64,000 nt of DNA from Myxococcota bacterium (GTDB lineage: Bacteria; Myxococcota_A; UBA796; CAJQPC01). A program made the position numbers and the translations under genes. The stretch is taken from the NCBI GenBank assembly GCA_036012755.1, contig DASCPX010000027.1, positions 192,001 to 256,000 on the forward strand. The letters are read 5' to 3'. The notes beneath the pieces are model-generated. The model was not told the DNA's origin. It ran no database searches and worked only from the letters and a program-made list of their open reading frames with translations. This document shows positions 19,228 to 28,494 of this stretch, one piece after another (within the stretch, counting starts at the first letter, position 1; every line of letters starts with the position of its first letter).

Positions 19228-20934
19228 ATGCGCAGACTGAACGTCGTCCTCATCCTCGTCGCCTGCATCCTGCTGATGTGGATCCTCCGCCCCACCTCAG
19301 CGCTGCGGACCGGCGCGGATGGCGATGCCCCAGAGGCCACCCATGCAAGCGGCGTCGTGGTCTTCGATCTCATCGACGACACACCCCTGTCCGACATCGA
19401 GGCGCTCGAGCGGGATCTCGGCATCGACCTCGAGTACAGCTCCGATGTCAGCGAAGACGAGGCCCTCCTCCGCGCGGAGGTCGACGACGTCGCGGCGATC
19501 GTCGCTGCAGCGCAGGGCAATGCCCTCGTCGAGGTCGTCGAGCCGGTCGTGGAGTTCGAGGTCAGCGGGTACCCGAACGACCCGATGTGGGACCAGCAGT
19601 GGAACATGGAGATGATCGACACCCCCGCGGGTTGGCGCGCTGGCGGTGGCAAGGGCGTGAAGGTCGCGGTCATCGACACCGGCGTGACCTGGGTCGAGGA
19701 TCTCGAGGGCATCCCGATGGGTCCGGGCAAGAGCTTCGTGCCCTTCGTCAAGAAGCCGATCGACGATCACGGCCACGGCACGCACGTCGCGGGCACGATC
19801 GCCCAGGTGACGAACAACGGAAAGGGCGTCGCCGGAGTGGCCCCCAACGTCACGATCATGCCGTACAAGGCGCTGTCCAAGCACGGCTTCGGCTCCAGCG
19901 ACTGGATCGCCGCTGCGATCGACCACGCCGTCGACAACGGGGCGGATGTCATCAACATGAGCCTCGGCGGATCCCACTCGGGCGTCCTCCACAACGCCGC
20001 CGAGAAGGCCGCCGATGCTGGCGTCGTCGTGGTCATCGCTGCCGGAAACTCCGGAAGGAAGGGCGTTGGCTGCCCCGCGCACGGTGACAACGTGATCGGC
20101 GTCTCCGCGGTCGGCCCGGACGACTCCAAGGCCTACTACAGCTCTTGGGGAAAGGGCGTCGAGATCGCCGCCCCCGGAGGTGACACGCGCAAGAGCGGCG
20201 GAGGCATCCTCCAGGACACCATCGACGGCAGCGGCGGCCACAAGTACGCCGCCTTCCAGGGGACGTCGATGGCGACGCCACATGTCGCTGGCGCGGCTGC
20301 CGTCCTCCTCGGCATGGGTCTCGACGCCGAGAGCACCACCGACGTGCTCTTCAAGACCGCCGAGGACAAAGGCGACGAGGGCTTCGACGAGATCTACGGC
20401 CACGGGCGTCTCGACGTCGGCGCCGCCGTCCGAAGGGTCCTGGTGCGCAGCAACGGGCTGAAGTTCGTTCTCGGGGGCCTGATGGCCATCGCGCTCGTCA
20501 TGTTGTCCCGGTTCCGCGGCTCGCAGTCCATTCCGATGGTCGGTGCGGCGGCGCTGTCGGCAGGAGGGCTCTTCTTCCTTCCCCTGCTCCCGATTCCGCC
20601 CAACCCTGTGGTCGAGGTCCTCAGCCGCGACCTGTTGAGCCTCCCCGCCGTCGTAGTCGGCGCGGACTGGGTGCACTTCCCCCTGTGGGCGTCCGCGCTC
20701 CTGCCCGCCGTGCTCGCATTCCTGCTCGGTCCGAGCAAGCGCTTCGGCCCAATCGTCGCGGGCATCTGCGTCGGATTCGGCACCAGCCTGCTCTACGGCG
20801 CAGCCTCTGGCACCCTCGACGTGTGGTGGCTGGGCATGGGCCTGGACAAGGTCTGGCTGTCGCTCAACGGGACCGCATGCCTGCTCGCAGCGATGGCGGT
20901 CGTGGGCCTCCACAAGCTGGAGCGGCCGTCTTGA
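19228..20934 (+). CDS. S8 subtilisin-like serine protease with C-terminal membrane domain
   Basis: Triad 'VIDTG', 'HGTHVAG', 'GTSMATPHVAG', followed by about 5 C-terminal TMs. Confidence 0.95.
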   Translation: MRRLNVVLILVACILLMWILRPTSALRTGADGDAPEATHASGVVVFDLIDDTPLSDIEALERDLGIDLEYSSDVSEDEALLRAEVDDVAAIVAAAQGNALVEVVEPVVEFEVSGYPNDPMWDQQWNMEMIDTPAGWRAGGGKGVKVAVIDTGVTWVEDLEGIPMGPGKSFVPFVKKPIDDHGHGTHVAGTIAQVTNNGKGVAGVAPNVTIMPYKALSKHGFGSSDWIAAAIDHAVDNGADVINMSLGGSHSGVLHNAAEKAADAGVVVVIAAGNSGRKGVGCPAHGDNVIGVSAVGPDDSKAYYSSWGKGVEIAAPGGDTRKSGGGILQDTIDGSGGHKYAAFQGTSMATPHVAGAAAVLLGMGLDAESTTDVLFKTAEDKGDEGFDEIYGHGRLDVGAAVRRVLVRSNGLKFVLGGLMAIALVMLSRFRGSQSIPMVGAAALSAGGLFFLPLLPIPPNPVVEVLSRDLLSLPAVVVGADWVHFPLWASALLPAVLAFLLGPSKRFGPIVAGICVGFGTSLLYGAASGTLDVWWLGMGLDKVWLSLNGTACLLAAMAVVGLHKLERPS

Positions 20935-21143
20935 CGCTCACCGGTACCCTCTCGCGGGAGTTCTTCGGCGGGCCTCTCTGGGTGCTGCGTTCAGACGACG
21001 GCGCCAGCTACCAGCTCAACGGCGAGGTGCCAGAGAAGCTCGAGGGCTGCCGCGTGCGGGTTCGCGCGAAGAAGGCCAAGGGCCAGTTCGGCATCGCGAT
21101 GATCGGCGAGATCCTCGACCTCAGCTCGATCGAGGCTGAATAG
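20931..21143 (+). CDS. Small OB-fold-like hypothetical protein
   Basis: TTGA overlap. Sequence begins MTLTGTLSREFFGGPLWVLRSDDGASYQL. Confidence 0.6.
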   Translation: MTLTGTLSREFFGGPLWVLRSDDGASYQLNGEVPEKLEGCRVRVRAKKAKGQFGIAMIGEILDLSSIEAE

Positions 21144-21149
21144 GCTGGC

Positions 21150-22289
21150 TCAGTCGCCCCGCCAGTTCGGCGATGAGCACTCCACGACACCGTCGACGGG
21201 CTCGCACTCGTAGACGCCACGAGCGGCGACGAAGACCGAGCCCTTCAGCTTCAAGGTGCCGTCGAAGCCCGTGACCTGGCATGGGCCCGCCTTCACCTCG
21301 CGGGCGTAGCAGGTCGGGTCGCACACCAGGGGCGCCGCGTCGCGACAGGTGACCGTCGGACTCGCGAGCCCCTTCATCACGAACTTCACCTTGTCGACGG
21401 TGTGGGTCGGGAGGACCTCCGTCGTGTCCCCATGCTCGCGGATGACGATGACCTCGCTCGGAACCTCGACGGTCTCCTTCACGACGAGCAGCATCGGCTC
21501 GCCCCCCTCCCCCAGCGTGTCCTTGAACTGGATGCCCGTGGACAGCGCCAGGTCATGATCATGGTGACCAGCCTGTGATGGGTTCTGGCGACTGCCGGTG
21601 TCGCGCGGGACCGCGATGACCAGGTAGCGATAGAGCTCGGCGGGGGTGATGACGTTGTCACGGGTGGTGTCGGCGCCGCCGGTGATCGCGTCGATGAAGT
21701 GCTTGGCGAAGACCTCGCTGAAGCCGGTCTCCCCCAGCGACGTCGCGGACAGGTGGTAGGTGTTCGGGACATCCGGCCAGCTGCTGGCGACCGGTCCGAC
21801 GAGCGCGAGATCTCCAAGGGAGGCGCCGTGCGCGGCATCGGTCACCAGCGCGTAGGAGCCCGCCTGAAGCCACTCGGGGAGGCTCTCTCCCAGGGCCGAC
21901 ACCGACAGGGAGGTGCCCGGCAGGTCGTCCGCCGAGGTGTCGTAGGTCAGCAGATAGGGGTCGTCGAAGTCCGCCCCCACGCCCTGGCCGACGAAGTAGA
22001 CGAGCACGGTGTCCCGGTAGGTGACCAGCGGCGCCAACTCCTCGCGGAAGAGGCGCTCGAGCCGCTCCTTGGTGGCCTCCGAGTCCGTGATGAGGCGGAC
22101 GTCGTCGTAGTTGGCCTCCTCGCGCAGGGCCAGGGCCACCCGGGCGGCGTCACCATGCGCAGCCGGCAGCATCAGCTCGGCCGGGAGGGACTCGTAGGTG
22201 GAGATGCCGACGACGACGGCGTAGCGTCTCGCGACGGGCTCCTCCGGGGGTTCCTGGGCCAGGGCCGCCAGCGAGAGCGCCAGGATCAC
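21150..22289 (-). CDS. Secreted caspase-family (C14) domain protein, predicted inactive
   Basis: 'RYAVVVGISTY', 'DSEATKERL', 'YFVGQG' and 'TDAAHG' (His and Cys absent), 'ADTTRDNVITPAEL'. Confidence 0.82.
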   Translation of the reverse strand: MILALSLAALAQEPPEEPVARRYAVVVGISTYESLPAELMLPAAHGDAARVALALREEANYDDVRLITDSEATKERLERLFREELAPLVTYRDTVLVYFVGQGVGADFDDPYLLTYDTSADDLPGTSLSVSALGESLPEWLQAGSYALVTDAAHGASLGDLALVGPVASSWPDVPNTYHLSATSLGETGFSEVFAKHFIDAITGGADTTRDNVITPAELYRYLVIAVPRDTGSRQNPSQAGHHDHDLALSTGIQFKDTLGEGGEPMLLVVKETVEVPSEVIVIREHGDTTEVLPTHTVDKVKFVMKGLASPTVTCRDAAPLVCDPTCYAREVKAGPCQVTGFDGTLKLKGSVFVAARGVYECEPVDGVVECSSPNWRGD

Positions 22290-22810
22290 GCGCCCTCCTC
22301 GAGCTCTGCCAGCAGCCCCTCGAGCTTCTCGATGATCTCGGGAGTGCTCTCCGTCGCGGGTGCGGCCTTGACCTCTTCGAGGAGCTCCCGCTGCCGGGCC
22401 AGTTCGGCTGCCACGTCGGCGTTGGCGTCGCGGCTCGCCGCGTGGACACTCTTCGACATCTCGCGGCAGGCCGTCGAGAGCTCGGCGTCCGAGTTGTGCA
22501 GCTCCATGGCCAGGTGCTGCCAGGTCGGACCGGCCGTGGTTGCGAACTCCCCAAAGGACGCGTCCCGGTTCTCCATCGCCTGGGCCGCGAGGGGGTTGGG
22601 GTTGGCCGCCGCTTCCGGGTCCTTCTTGATGGCGCCGACCTCGACCTTGTTCCTGGGGTCGCGGGTCTCCTCCGACTCGACGGAACCGACGGTCTCGGCC
22701 CCGATCTCCGGACCGTCCTTCGGACCGGAGGGTTGGGTGGAGAGAAAGAGCAGCACGGCAGCGCCGATACCAACCAGCCCTCCGAGCCCTATGACGAGGT
22801 TCTTGTTCAT
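22286..22810 (-). CDS. Membrane-anchored hypothetical protein
   Basis: GAGG RBS and MNKNLVIGLGG... N-terminal TM. Confidence 0.65.
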   Translation of the reverse strand: MNKNLVIGLGGLVGIGAAVLLFLSTQPSGPKDGPEIGAETVGSVESEETRDPRNKVEVGAIKKDPEAAANPNPLAAQAMENRDASFGEFATTAGPTWQHLAMELHNSDAELSTACREMSKSVHAASRDANADVAAELARQRELLEEVKAAPATESTPEIIEKLEGLLAELEEGA

Positions 22811-22818
22811 TGTCGTCC

Positions 22819-24075
22819 TCAGCCCAGGTTCCTGTAGAGACCCACGACGACGGTCTTGTCGTCCCCGCCCATGTTGGCGGTCAGGCCCACGCTCGGGGTG
22901 GTGGCGACCTGGTAGTCGCCGCACCGCCCCTTCATCTGCCGGTGGATCTCCACCGCCTGCTTGACGCCGGTGGCGCCGACCGGGTGGCCGAAGCCGACCA
23001 GCCCGCCGCCGGTGTTGACGGGGAGTCGCCCGTCGATCTCCGTGACGCCTTCCGCGAGCAGCGCGGCGCCTCGTCCCGCATCGGCGAAGCCCAGAGCCTC
23101 GTACATCAGGATCTCTGTCAGCGTGAAGCAGTCGTGGACCTCTGCCACCCGGACATCGCCCGCGTTCACGCCGGCGGCGGCGTAGGCGCGCTCGGCCGCG
23201 AGGCGCGTGGTGTCCAGCGCCGTGGGATCACCGTCCTCGTAGAGGCTGGTCGTGGCGTGGCCCAGGCCGACGATCTCGATGGCATCCGCCTCCCTGAGGC
23301 CCAGCTTGGCGAGCCCCTCCTGGGTGACGAGGAACATCGCGCTGGCGCCGTCTGACACCTGTGAGCAGTCCGTGACCTTGAGGTAGGGGTTGAATTCCTC
23401 GTTCGCGAGGAAGTTCGGGTTCCGATCGCTGGCGGCGGCGGCGTACTCGAGCGTCATCGAGGCGGCGCGCATGTGGGCGAGCGGGTTCTTGTTCGCGTTG
23501 CCGTAGGCCTTCACGGCGGCGCGCGCGATCTCCTCTTCCGTCGTCCCGTACCGCTGTCGGTAGTACCGGGTCCGTCGTGCGAAGAGCGCGGGGAAGGTGA
23601 AGTCGTCGATGGAGCGCTGGCGCTCGTAGTCCGCAGCCCGAGCGAGGTAGTCGCCGCCGACACGCGCCGACGCCGTCGTCTGGACCTCGACGCCCGCGAC
23701 GAGGACAACGTCCGCACCAGCGCGGAGCGCATCGACGCCACAGGCCATGGCCAGCCCGCCGCTGGCGCAGGCGCCCTCGACACGCATGCACGGCTTGCCC
23801 CCGAGCGCCGGATCGACCCCCGCCAGCGCCGCGCCGAGGTGACCCTGGTTCACGAACAGCTCCCCCACGAAGTTGGCGACGTAGCCCTTGTCGACCTGAG
23901 CCAGATCCGCCCCGGTCGCCTCGGCCGCGTCCGCCACCGCCTGGGTGAGCAGCTCCCTCAGCGTCGGGTTGTTTCGCTTGCCGAAGTCAGGGTGGCGCTT
24001 CCAGATGAAATCGGGGTGCCCCTTGCCGATGAACGGCGTGTGGGCACCACCGGCGACGAAGACCCTGCGGTCCAT
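22819..24075 (-). CDS. Thiolase (SCP2/SCP-x type acetyl-CoA acyltransferase)
   Basis: 'EGACASGG', 'DCSQVSDGA', 'EVHDCF' and 'GHPVGATG'. Confidence 0.93.
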   Translation of the reverse strand: MDRRVFVAGGAHTPFIGKGHPDFIWKRHPDFGKRNNPTLRELLTQAVADAAEATGADLAQVDKGYVANFVGELFVNQGHLGAALAGVDPALGGKPCMRVEGACASGGLAMACGVDALRAGADVVLVAGVEVQTTASARVGGDYLARAADYERQRSIDDFTFPALFARRTRYYRQRYGTTEEEIARAAVKAYGNANKNPLAHMRAASMTLEYAAAASDRNPNFLANEEFNPYLKVTDCSQVSDGASAMFLVTQEGLAKLGLREADAIEIVGLGHATTSLYEDGDPTALDTTRLAAERAYAAAGVNAGDVRVAEVHDCFTLTEILMYEALGFADAGRGAALLAEGVTEIDGRLPVNTGGGLVGFGHPVGATGVKQAVEIHRQMKGRCGDYQVATTPSVGLTANMGGDDKTVVVGLYRNLG

Positions 24076-24129
24076 GCGTGGCTCCGGGTGGAGGTGGTCT
24101 CCACTCCTAACCGCGTCTGGCGATCCCGG

Positions 24130-24381
24130 CTAGGCCGACGCCCGCCGCTGTTCTCGCAGGATGCCCTCCACCTCCGGGTGCACCTGGTAGAGCGTGATGA
24201 CGGTGCCGAAGGTGTTCTTCCACTGACGGACACGCTCACGGCTCACGCCGAACTCGTTCGCGATCGCCTGTCCAGATTCGTTCGCCGCGAGGGCCTCGAG
24301 CAGTCGACGGAATCGACTGCGACCGTAGGACTTGATGAAGTTACGAGCGACGCGTTCGCGACTCTTCGCCGAGGCAGCCAT
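24130..24381 (-). CDS. Small basic HTH DNA-binding protein
   Basis: GGGAG RBS and a sigma-region-4-like HTH 'SGQAIANEFGVSRERVRQW'. Confidence 0.75.
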   Translation of the reverse strand: MAASAKSRERVARNFIKSYGRSRFRRLLEALAANESGQAIANEFGVSRERVRQWKNTFGTVITLYQVHPEVEGILREQRRASA

Positions 24382-24460
24382 GCTCTCGTCTCCCTGATGT
24401 GCCACATGAAGGATGCGGCGAGGTTCTTCCGTTCCGCGTTGGGACCTTGGTCCCGAGAAA

Positions 24461-24488
24461 ACCTTACCACGAGTTGTTGACACGTCAA
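24461..24488 (-). promoter_or_regulatory. Sigma70-like promoter TTGACG-N16-TAAGGT with TG extension and overlapping palindrome
   Basis: Reverse strand reads ttgacg tgtcaacaactcgtgg taaggt. Palindrome TTGAC-AC-GTCAA at 24477-24488. Confidence 0.55.
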
Positions 24489-24564
24489 TCGTTCGCGACG
24501 GAATCGGCCCAAAGAGCGCCTTCTTCCCGCACGATGCGCCGGCGATCGCGCCAACTCTCAGGTG

Positions 24565-25440
24565 CTACTCGAAGGGCAGTCTGGACGATCGTGCACTCAG
24601 ATGGCCGCTGTTGGTAGCGATCCCCAACTCGGTGCCTGGCTCCCAGGCCGCCGGTCTCAACACGGCGAGCGCGAGTGTGCGACCATCGACGGTTGCCTCG
24701 GACGAGACGACGCCGAGCTGGTCCTCTCCCAGGAGGACCGCACCGCCAGTGCTCCCCTCCCCGTCCACGACGAGACCGGTCAACCGCTTGTTGACCTTGC
24801 CCATCGTGTCCATCCGGTTGATGACCTCCTGCCCGACGTAGCAGCCCTTGTCGAAGGCGCAGATCCGATCGCGCAGACCCATCTCGTGGACAAAGGCACG
24901 CTCGCCGAAGTCCACCGGCCAACGGGGCAGGCCCGCCTGGATGCGGAGACCCTCGAGGACCTCGACGGATGTGTCCGGACCGAGACTGACCCCGATCAGG
25001 TCGAAGCCGGAAAGGCCGCAGCGATCCGTGGCCGCGATCCAGCCTCCACCGTGGGCAACTATGCCATCCGGGACGGGCAGCCCGTGGGCCTCGAGGATGG
25101 CAGCGCTGTCCTCGCCCACCACGTGCACGATCCCGTGGCTGGAGGTGAGGTCCTCCAGCTCGATGGGGTCCATGATGATGTACATGTCCAGGCGCCGAGC
25201 GACCTCCTCGACATCCGCGCCGTCGATCACCAGGAGCGCCTGGTCGGGTGCGAGGCACCAGGCGTCGAGCAGCGCGAGCAGGCGACCCTTGCTGTCCGCC
25301 ATGCCCGAGTGCCCGCCCTGTCCCGGCCGCCGGAAGGCGTTCGTCAGCATGCTGTTGCAGAAGCGCGGTGTGTCGCTTCCAGTCAGCCGCAAAACACCCG
25401 GGTTCCCGAGGTCGATGATCACGGGCTCTCCATCGTCCAC
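24565..25440 (-). CDS. ygfZ: Folate-binding protein YgfZ/GcvT family
   Basis: Signature 'DKGCYVGQE'. Confidence 0.9.
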   Translation of the reverse strand: MDDGEPVIIDLGNPGVLRLTGSDTPRFCNSMLTNAFRRPGQGGHSGMADSKGRLLALLDAWCLAPDQALLVIDGADVEEVARRLDMYIIMDPIELEDLTSSHGIVHVVGEDSAAILEAHGLPVPDGIVAHGGGWIAATDRCGLSGFDLIGVSLGPDTSVEVLEGLRIQAGLPRWPVDFGERAFVHEMGLRDRICAFDKGCYVGQEVINRMDTMGKVNKRLTGLVVDGEGSTGGAVLLGEDQLGVVSSEATVDGRTLALAVLRPAAWEPGTELGIATNSGHLSARSSRLPFE

Positions 25441-26180
25441 ACCGAGCCCTCGGCCTGGTCCGCGACGTAGAGGAGACCACCCAGGACCTCGATGGATCCT
25501 GGCCGCCCAGGACCGCTGCCGAGGACCCTGCCTCCAACCTCCCGGACCCCCATGAGGCCAGACGCCAAGAGCGTGCCGGTGCTCCCGTCCAGGGCGTGGG
25601 CCTCTGTGGCGTCGAGCTCGTCGCCATCGACGAACACACCGCTGTCCGTGCCCGTGACGAGCTCTCCGTCGAAGACGGTCACAGACAGAACCGCGATGTC
25701 CTTTTCGTAGACCGTCGCCGAGCTGCCGTCCGGCTCGACGGTCCAGACCACCTCTGCCACGGGGTCTGCGACGAGGAGTCGACCATCCAGCCAGGTGATG
25801 TCAGCGGGCCGGCGCATCGGCAGGCCGGCATCTCCGGCCTCGGCCAGGACCGTGACGTTCCGTCCACCTTCGAAGACGCCCACCCAGCCCGCAATGCTGT
25901 TGTCCGTGCCCGTCAGGTAGACGGTGCCGTCGTGGACGAGGACGCCCAGCAGCTGACCGAGGTCGTGGCCGACCTCTTCGACCTCGTCGTCCTCCGGAGA
26001 CCACGACCACAGCGAGCCTCCGAACTGCGCTGTGGAGAGCAGCCGGTCACCATCGACAGCGAGGTCCCAGGCGAGGTTGTCCACCGCCCACGCGACAGCC
26101 ATCGAGGCGCCTGGAGCGGAGGGGTCACCCGTGCCGTATCGGGTGGAGCCGTCCGTGCAGGCGAGGAGGAGCGTCAGCAC
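25419..26180 (-). CDS. Beta-propeller lipoprotein
   Basis: MLTLLLAC lipobox and NHL-like repeats ('RPADITWLDGRLLVADP', 'LLYVADQ'). Confidence 0.7.
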   Translation of the reverse strand: MLTLLLACTDGSTRYGTGDPSAPGASMAVAWAVDNLAWDLAVDGDRLLSTAQFGGSLWSWSPEDDEVEEVGHDLGQLLGVLVHDGTVYLTGTDNSIAGWVGVFEGGRNVTVLAEAGDAGLPMRRPADITWLDGRLLVADPVAEVVWTVEPDGSSATVYEKDIAVLSVTVFDGELVTGTDSGVFVDGDELDATEAHALDGSTGTLLASGLMGVREVGGRVLGSGPGRPGSIEVLGGLLYVADQAEGSVWTMESP

Positions 26181-26190
26181 GCTCCGGATT

Positions 26191-26397
26191 CTAGTCGATC
26201 CGCGTGTAGGGGAGAAGCGCCAGGTGGCGGGCGCGCTTGATCGCCGTGGTGATCTGGCGCTGCTGCTTGGCGGAGAGTCCCGTCAGGCGACGGGGCAGGA
26301 TCTTGCCCCCCTCCGTCAGGAACTTCTTGAGGGTGTCGACATCCTTGTAGTCGATTTTTTCGATCTTGCCGATGCGCGGGGAGCGACGTCGTGCCAT
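26191..26397 (-). CDS. rpsR: 30S ribosomal protein S18 (Cys-free form)
   Basis: '[26 protein letters not shown]...[19 protein letters not shown]' and GGAG RBS. Confidence 0.96.
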   Translation of the reverse strand: MARRRSPRIGKIEKIDYKDVDTLKKFLTEGGKILPRRLTGLSAKQQRQITTAIKRARHLALLPYTRID

Positions 26398-26474
26398 GGG
26401 GTTCTCCGAGTGCCGCAACGAGGGCGTGACGAGAGGCCAGCCGGGTTAATCCGCCAGGTGGTGGCGGGCAAGGC

Positions 26475-26894
26475 TCAGTCGGACTCGAGGCAGTCCCTCA
26501 GGCCCTGCAGTGACTGCCGCCACGTCTTGTCCTGGCTCTCACGGGCCTCCTCGTCGTCGAGCAGGCCGCCTCCGGAGTGGATCAGTCCGACCCGTGTCTC
26601 GTCCCCATCGCGGGCGATGGAGAAGCTGAGCACCGTGCCCTTGGTGTCTGCTGGCGAGTTTTCATCCCACCGGAGCTCGAACTTGCTGGTGGGACGGAAG
26701 GTCAGGATCGTCCCGACCTCCTCGACCGGTTCGCCATCGTCGTTCTCGCTGGTGAGCACGACGCGGCCGCCCTTCCGGCCATCCACCCGGGCCTCGTCGG
26801 CGTACCAGGACTTCCAGCCCTCGGCGGTCGTGAGCATTCGCCAGACGGCCCGTGGGCCGGCCGCGATGTGGATGAAACGGCGGATCGAAGCCAA
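26475..26894 (-). CDS. SRPBCC/AHSA1 domain protein
   Basis: 'VWRMLTTAEGWKSWY', 'DGRKGGR' and 'TRVGLIHSG'. Confidence 0.85.
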   Translation of the reverse strand: MASIRRFIHIAAGPRAVWRMLTTAEGWKSWYADEARVDGRKGGRVVLTSENDDGEPVEEVGTILTFRPTSKFELRWDENSPADTKGTVLSFSIARDGDETRVGLIHSGGGLLDDEEARESQDKTWRQSLQGLRDCLESD

Positions 26895-26930
26895 AGCACG
26901 CGCTCATTAACCAACGGCTACAGTGCGGCA

Positions 26931-27818
26931 ATGTGGTTGCTGCTCGCATGCAACGGCGATGGGGACAGTCCCATCCATCGGGAGAGCCTGCCGGTGGACG
27001 ACACCGCCCTCGTGGAGACAGGCGAACCGCCCGAGCGCTTCGTCGGCGAGGGCGGCGGCTACGGCCATGCGCTCGCCAGCGACGGTGACCGGGTCTTCGT
27101 CTCCGCCCCATGGATCGGATCCGTGTACGAGCTCGACGGCACCTTGCACACGCTCGGCCCGGTCGGCTCCGGGTATGCGATGGCCTACGACGACGATCTG
27201 CTCATGGGGAACCCCTTGGAGGGCACGCTCTCAGACGGCACGGAGGGCGAATACGGGGCGGTGGTGCGTCGCGACGGCGGCTGGCTGCTCTCCAGGGGTC
27301 TCGGCGCCGAGTTTCCGTCCGGTCCGGTCGCGCTCCCGGAGAGACCCGCCGACCTGGCCTTGTGGAACGGCCAACGGGTCGCGGGCATGGCCCACGGCAC
27401 ACATGCCCTGTCCATCGAGGAGGAGCTCGTCGAGAGACTCGAGCCGGGCGACGGCGCTGGCTATGCCCTCTGCGTCGCTGACGTGGACAGCGACGGCGTC
27501 GACGAACTCGTGGTGGGCGCGCCGAACGCCGGTGTCGTCTACCTCGTCGAAGATGAGCTCGAGACCGCCGAGTCGGTGGTCGGCGAGGGGCGCTTCGGGC
27601 ACTCCCTGGCCTGCGCGGAGGGCCTCCTCGTGGTCGGCGCACCCATGAGCGGCGCCGAACTCGCCGGCGAGGTCGTCATCTACGAAGACCTCGACCCGGT
27701 GGCTGTCGTCGAAGGCGAAGTCGGGGACACCCTAGGGGCGAGCGTGCTGCTGTCCGGAGACCGTATCTTCGCGGGCGCGCCAGGTAGCACCGAGGGAGCC
27801 GTCCTGCGGCTTCGCTGA
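26931..27818 (+). CDS. FG-GAP repeat (integrin-alpha-like) lipoprotein
   Basis: MWLLLAC start, 'GYALCVADVDSDGVDELVVGAP' and 'FGHSLA...LVVGAP'. Confidence 0.82.
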   Translation: MWLLLACNGDGDSPIHRESLPVDDTALVETGEPPERFVGEGGGYGHALASDGDRVFVSAPWIGSVYELDGTLHTLGPVGSGYAMAYDDDLLMGNPLEGTLSDGTEGEYGAVVRRDGGWLLSRGLGAEFPSGPVALPERPADLALWNGQRVAGMAHGTHALSIEEELVERLEPGDGAGYALCVADVDSDGVDELVVGAPNAGVVYLVEDELETAESVVGEGRFGHSLACAEGLLVVGAPMSGAELAGEVVIYEDLDPVAVVEGEVGDTLGASVLLSGDRIFAGAPGSTEGAVLRLR

Positions 27819-28390
27819 GGACGATTGGAGACCAGCAGGACTGCGCCGACGAGGGCGACGAAGAGGAAGCCGGTGCCGAGTCCGACCAGGCACAGGCCCA
27901 CTCCGACGAGCATCCCGCTCCTGCGCGTGACCGCCCGAGGATCGGGGGTGCGACTTCGAAGAGCGACCCAGAGGACCTCTCCGAGCGCCAGCGGCCATGC
28001 AGGAAGGAGATGGAGCACGGCAGCCGCCAGCGCGACCGCCCCGATCACGCGGAGTTCCGGCAATGGAGCCAACGCGAGCAGGCCGAGCACAGCGCTCCCC
28101 AGCGGCGCTGCGAGGGCGACGAAGTAGGCGGACCCGTCACCTCCACCGGAGGTCGCGTGGACACCCAGGCCGTGAACGCGGATCTCCCGAGCGCCGGCCA
28201 GGCGGGCGCCGAGTGCCTGGAACAGGACCGTCAGGCCCAGGCCCACGCTGAGGAGCGCCGCCGAGCGAAGGGACCCACCGAGCCCCTGCAGGCCGACGAG
28301 GGCGCCCAGGACGGCAGGCAGGGAGAGCTCCAGGCGCCACGTCGTCGGGGCGCTCTCGCGCTGGGACAGGGACTCGACGGTCTGGATCAT
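27680..28390 (-). CDS. Membrane protein, degenerate M50/site-2-protease-like
   Basis: Multi-TM. 'VALAAPL' and 'HLLPAWPLALG' echo M50 'AGP' and 'NLLPxxPLDGG'. No HExxH. Start uncertain. Confidence 0.5.
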   Translation of the reverse strand: MIQTVESLSQRESAPTTWRLELSLPAVLGALVGLQGLGGSLRSAALLSVGLGLTVLFQALGARLAGAREIRVHGLGVHATSGGGDGSAYFVALAAPLGSAVLGLLALAPLPELRVIGAVALAAAVLHLLPAWPLALGEVLWVALRSRTPDPRAVTRRSGMLVGVGLCLVGLGTGFLFVALVGAVLLVSNRPQRSRRTAPSVLPGAPAKIRSPDSSTLAPRVSPTSPSTTATGSRSS

Positions 28391-28494
28391 CAGCGAGCAG
28401 GGGCTCCCGGAAGCGGGCATCACTGGTAGCGAGACTGCCCATCTCCCCCCGTGGGATCGGACCCGGGGCGACGGGTGTTTATGATGAAGCCCAG

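Noticed and set aside
17838..20087. 749-aa plus-strand ORF and similar long ORFs (44167-46410, 29686-31527, 61102-62526, 10564-12288)
   Set aside because: Shadow or alternative frames over recognisable genes, with no motifs of their own.
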